Source of the DNA: Schmidtea polychroa
Lineage: Eukaryota
Assembly: GCA_044892525.1 (NCBI GenBank)
Contig: CM097885.1
Coordinates: forward strand, 192,510,001 to 192,574,000
Length of the DNA stretch: 64,000 nucleotides
Direction of reading: 5' to 3'
Positions within the stretch are counted from its first letter, which is position 1. Every line of letters begins with the position of its first letter. Below, one piece after another: positions 61,711 to 64,000 of this stretch. Under the pieces are notes generated by a model. The model was not told the DNA's origin and ran no database searches. It saw only the letters and a program-made list of their open reading frames with translations. A program made the position numbers and the translations under genes.

Positions 61711-62704
61711 CCGGTAAAAAAAACCATGCATGTATTTTACAATCCTCGGTTAGCAATACACGTCATTACAGAAAGCGCCCAGTTATTTAATTATTACATA
61801 ATGAAGTCATCATCATATATAACTTATTAAACTCTTACAAAATTTATTTAATAAAATTTTTCATTTGGACCCGGAAAATTCGGGTAATAATCTGAATTGA
61901 ATATTGGGACTGCATTGATTGAACTATAATCAAACCACCTCGTATATAATGCTTATATTCTGAACGTTTTATTTATACCTCCCAGTTTCATTTGCCTTCA
62001 GCATTAGTTAATTTTATTTCCCTATGTTAATCGTGAAAACTGGTGATTTTAACTGTTATTCTTCTGTTATTCTGTTATAAGTATGAGAACAAGTAAAGAT
62101 TCAATAATTTTTTGATAACGATTTAGGCTCAACTGATATTTTCTTTCAGTCTCCTTCAATAATCTTGGTTCTTTTGTAAAAGAAAAGACAGTTTGATAAG
62201 TAAATGTCTTCACCCTAGTCAACTATAGTCGAGGAAAGCACCTTCATTTTATCATGGAAATTGAAGACGTGATCGCGAGTGCCAACGTCAGAAAAACGCT
62301 TACTATACCTCCATTTATTCTTATGTTTGGCGTTGTCCTAAATATGTAATAATTTCACATTTGTGACATTTTACTTGTTAATTGAAATTATTAGGATGAA
62401 AGTGTGATTAGTCTCTTACTTAAGAAACTACTACTTCCCCAAATAATTTTTCTGGTATAATAATAAATGGGCATTTGAGTCTTATGCTAAAACATATATA
62501 AAATCATTGAAAAATAGATTTTTGCAAAATCTTATTACAAAACAAATGATTGAAATTTGTCTCTAACACATGTTGAAAAGTTATCCTATCTTTTGGCATT
62601 TGGGATAAAGAAATATATTCTTTTTATTATAATTGATTTATTGGAATATAATCGAAATTTCTAGAAAAATAAAATTTATTAAATAATATTTTAACCAAAA
62701 TGGT

Positions 62705-62765
62705 TGCATTTCGAAAAAACGTCTTTTTAAAAACTGATGAATGCATCCCCGTTGATGCAGATCGA
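62705..62765 (+). ncRNA. Hammerhead-like remnant (Penelope-type), imperfect
   Basis: cGAAAaaacGUC-tttttaaaaa-CUGAUGA-a-tgcatc/gatgca stem; stem III is imperfect and the second GAAA is mutated. Confidence 0.35.
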
Positions 62766-63039
62766 CCACAATTTTGCTATTTTTGAACAAAATTATTAAT
62801 TAACCATTTTTTTTATAAATCTTATTTCTTGTAGGTCACTTCAGTATGCAAGAGTTTTTTTACTTATAAACTGAAACTTACGCTATATTACGTTCATTAG
62901 TTGAATTCGAAATAATACGGAGGCGATGAAAGAGACATCCAACAAAAAATAATTTTATAAAAGTATAAATATCAAAAACGAAAAAAGAATAAAAAATGGA
63001 AAAAACGATGGTTTTTGGGAATAATAAAAAACGGTGGTA

Positions 63040-63401
63040 CTTCCGTGTTATCTTACCCCCAAAAATTAAATTATAAAATACAATTAAAATAACAATATAA
63101 AAAATGAGAGAATACATTATTGATGACGTTATTGAACATTATTGAACATGAATTTATTAAGGCTATCTGTGATTTATGTGATTATGTGATTATGTGAGTT
63201 TATGCAAACGTGTTCTAAGCAACAGTGCCGATGTGTTCGACACTATTCACAACGACATTGTGGTTTTCTGGCCACCTGGATGACCATTTACAAACTCTTT
63301 ACAAACATTTGCTGAGTTTATAACTGTGATTTAGAAAATAAATATAATAATTATATGTGTTCTTTTTTAATTTAATTTTTGGGGGTAAGATAACACGGAA
63401 G
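63040..63401. mobile_element. Tc1/mariner-type MITE with 33-bp perfect TIRs
   Basis: ggTA|cttccgtgttatcttacccccaaaaattaaatt ... reverse complement|TAcc; consistent with insertion into the TA of GGTACC. Confidence 0.85.
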
Positions 63402-63584
63402 TACCGAATAAATATTTTCGGATATTTCGATTAATATTAACGATTTACTGCTTATGCTGAAAAAAGTGAAGAACAAATTGACTTTATTAGTAAAGATTGA
63501 GTTGACGCGTATATAAAATTGACAAATTGAATGTGGATGCCAATTAAGGTGATACGTGAACAAAACAGGGATAAGCGGTTAACT

Positions 63585-64000
63585 CATGGCCCTATTAACC
63601 ATAGGGCTAATTGGGCTACAGCCCAGGGGCGCCATCGATCCGAGGGCGCTAAGAAAACAAGATGGTGAAATTTAATTGCTTTTTTTTAATTTAAAAAAAA
63701 AGTAATTTTCTTTATATTTAGCGTATCTGTGATTTAAGTTAGTAATGTGTTCAATGTTATATTTTTTCTCATCCATATAAACCATGTATGCTAATGACCT
63801 AACTTCTATAAAGATTGAATCGCAAATTGAATGCACTTTTCCGAATATAACAACAGCTCTACGAATATATTTAAGTATCGCCTGTACAAATTATAACGGA
63901 GAAAGGTCGTTTTCAACTCTCAAGAGAATAAAAAATCATCTAAGATCACCTTTAGGACAATACAAATTAAATAATTTAAGTATTTTGTCAATAGAATCGG
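63585..64000 (+). mobile_element. Left part of a non-autonomous hAT with a dimerisation-domain remnant, cut by the window edge
   Basis: catggccctattaaccatagggc terminus; FPNITTALRIYLSI..NGERSFSTLKRIKNHLRS. Confidence 0.88.

Noticed and set aside
62020-62400. Possible Merlin/ISXO2 zinc-ribbon remnant on the minus strand
   Set aside because: Only CxxC and KWR fragments in different frames; no DDE region or termini found.

Overview
Very AT-rich eukaryotic scaffold with six N-gaps (8071-8220, 15775-16049, 22143-22271, 44539-44778, 53278-53511, 55883-56062). The host is most likely an invertebrate bilaterian, inferred from a Tincar-like gene, a MEF2-type gene with GT-AG introns, and the transposon spectrum; the species cannot be fixed from sequence alone. 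Most of the window is a nested transposon graveyard: several hAT families (BED-type, ZMYM1-type, Buster/GTF2IRD2-type, plus MITEs with 8-bp TSDs), Mutator-like elements (9-bp TSDs), mariner, pogo and piggyBac MITEs, a probable solo LTR, a decayed Ty3/Gypsy element, two decayed Polinton/adintovirus-type protein-primed PolB genes, and Penelope-type minimal hammerhead motifs. Host-like genes are an intronless double-RING protein, an RNF115/126-like 5' fragment, a Tincar-like membrane protein, and a strongly divergent spliced MEF2-type MADS-box gene that the ORF track misses. The two most interesting observations are (1) an 8-kb hAT-bounded unit (249-8311) carrying about 3.7 kb of unrecognisable coding-like cargo with GC-rich hairpins, and (2) the divergent MEF2-type gene, possibly spanning 14 kb through TE-filled introns. 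All family assignments are by motif recognition; no searches were run.
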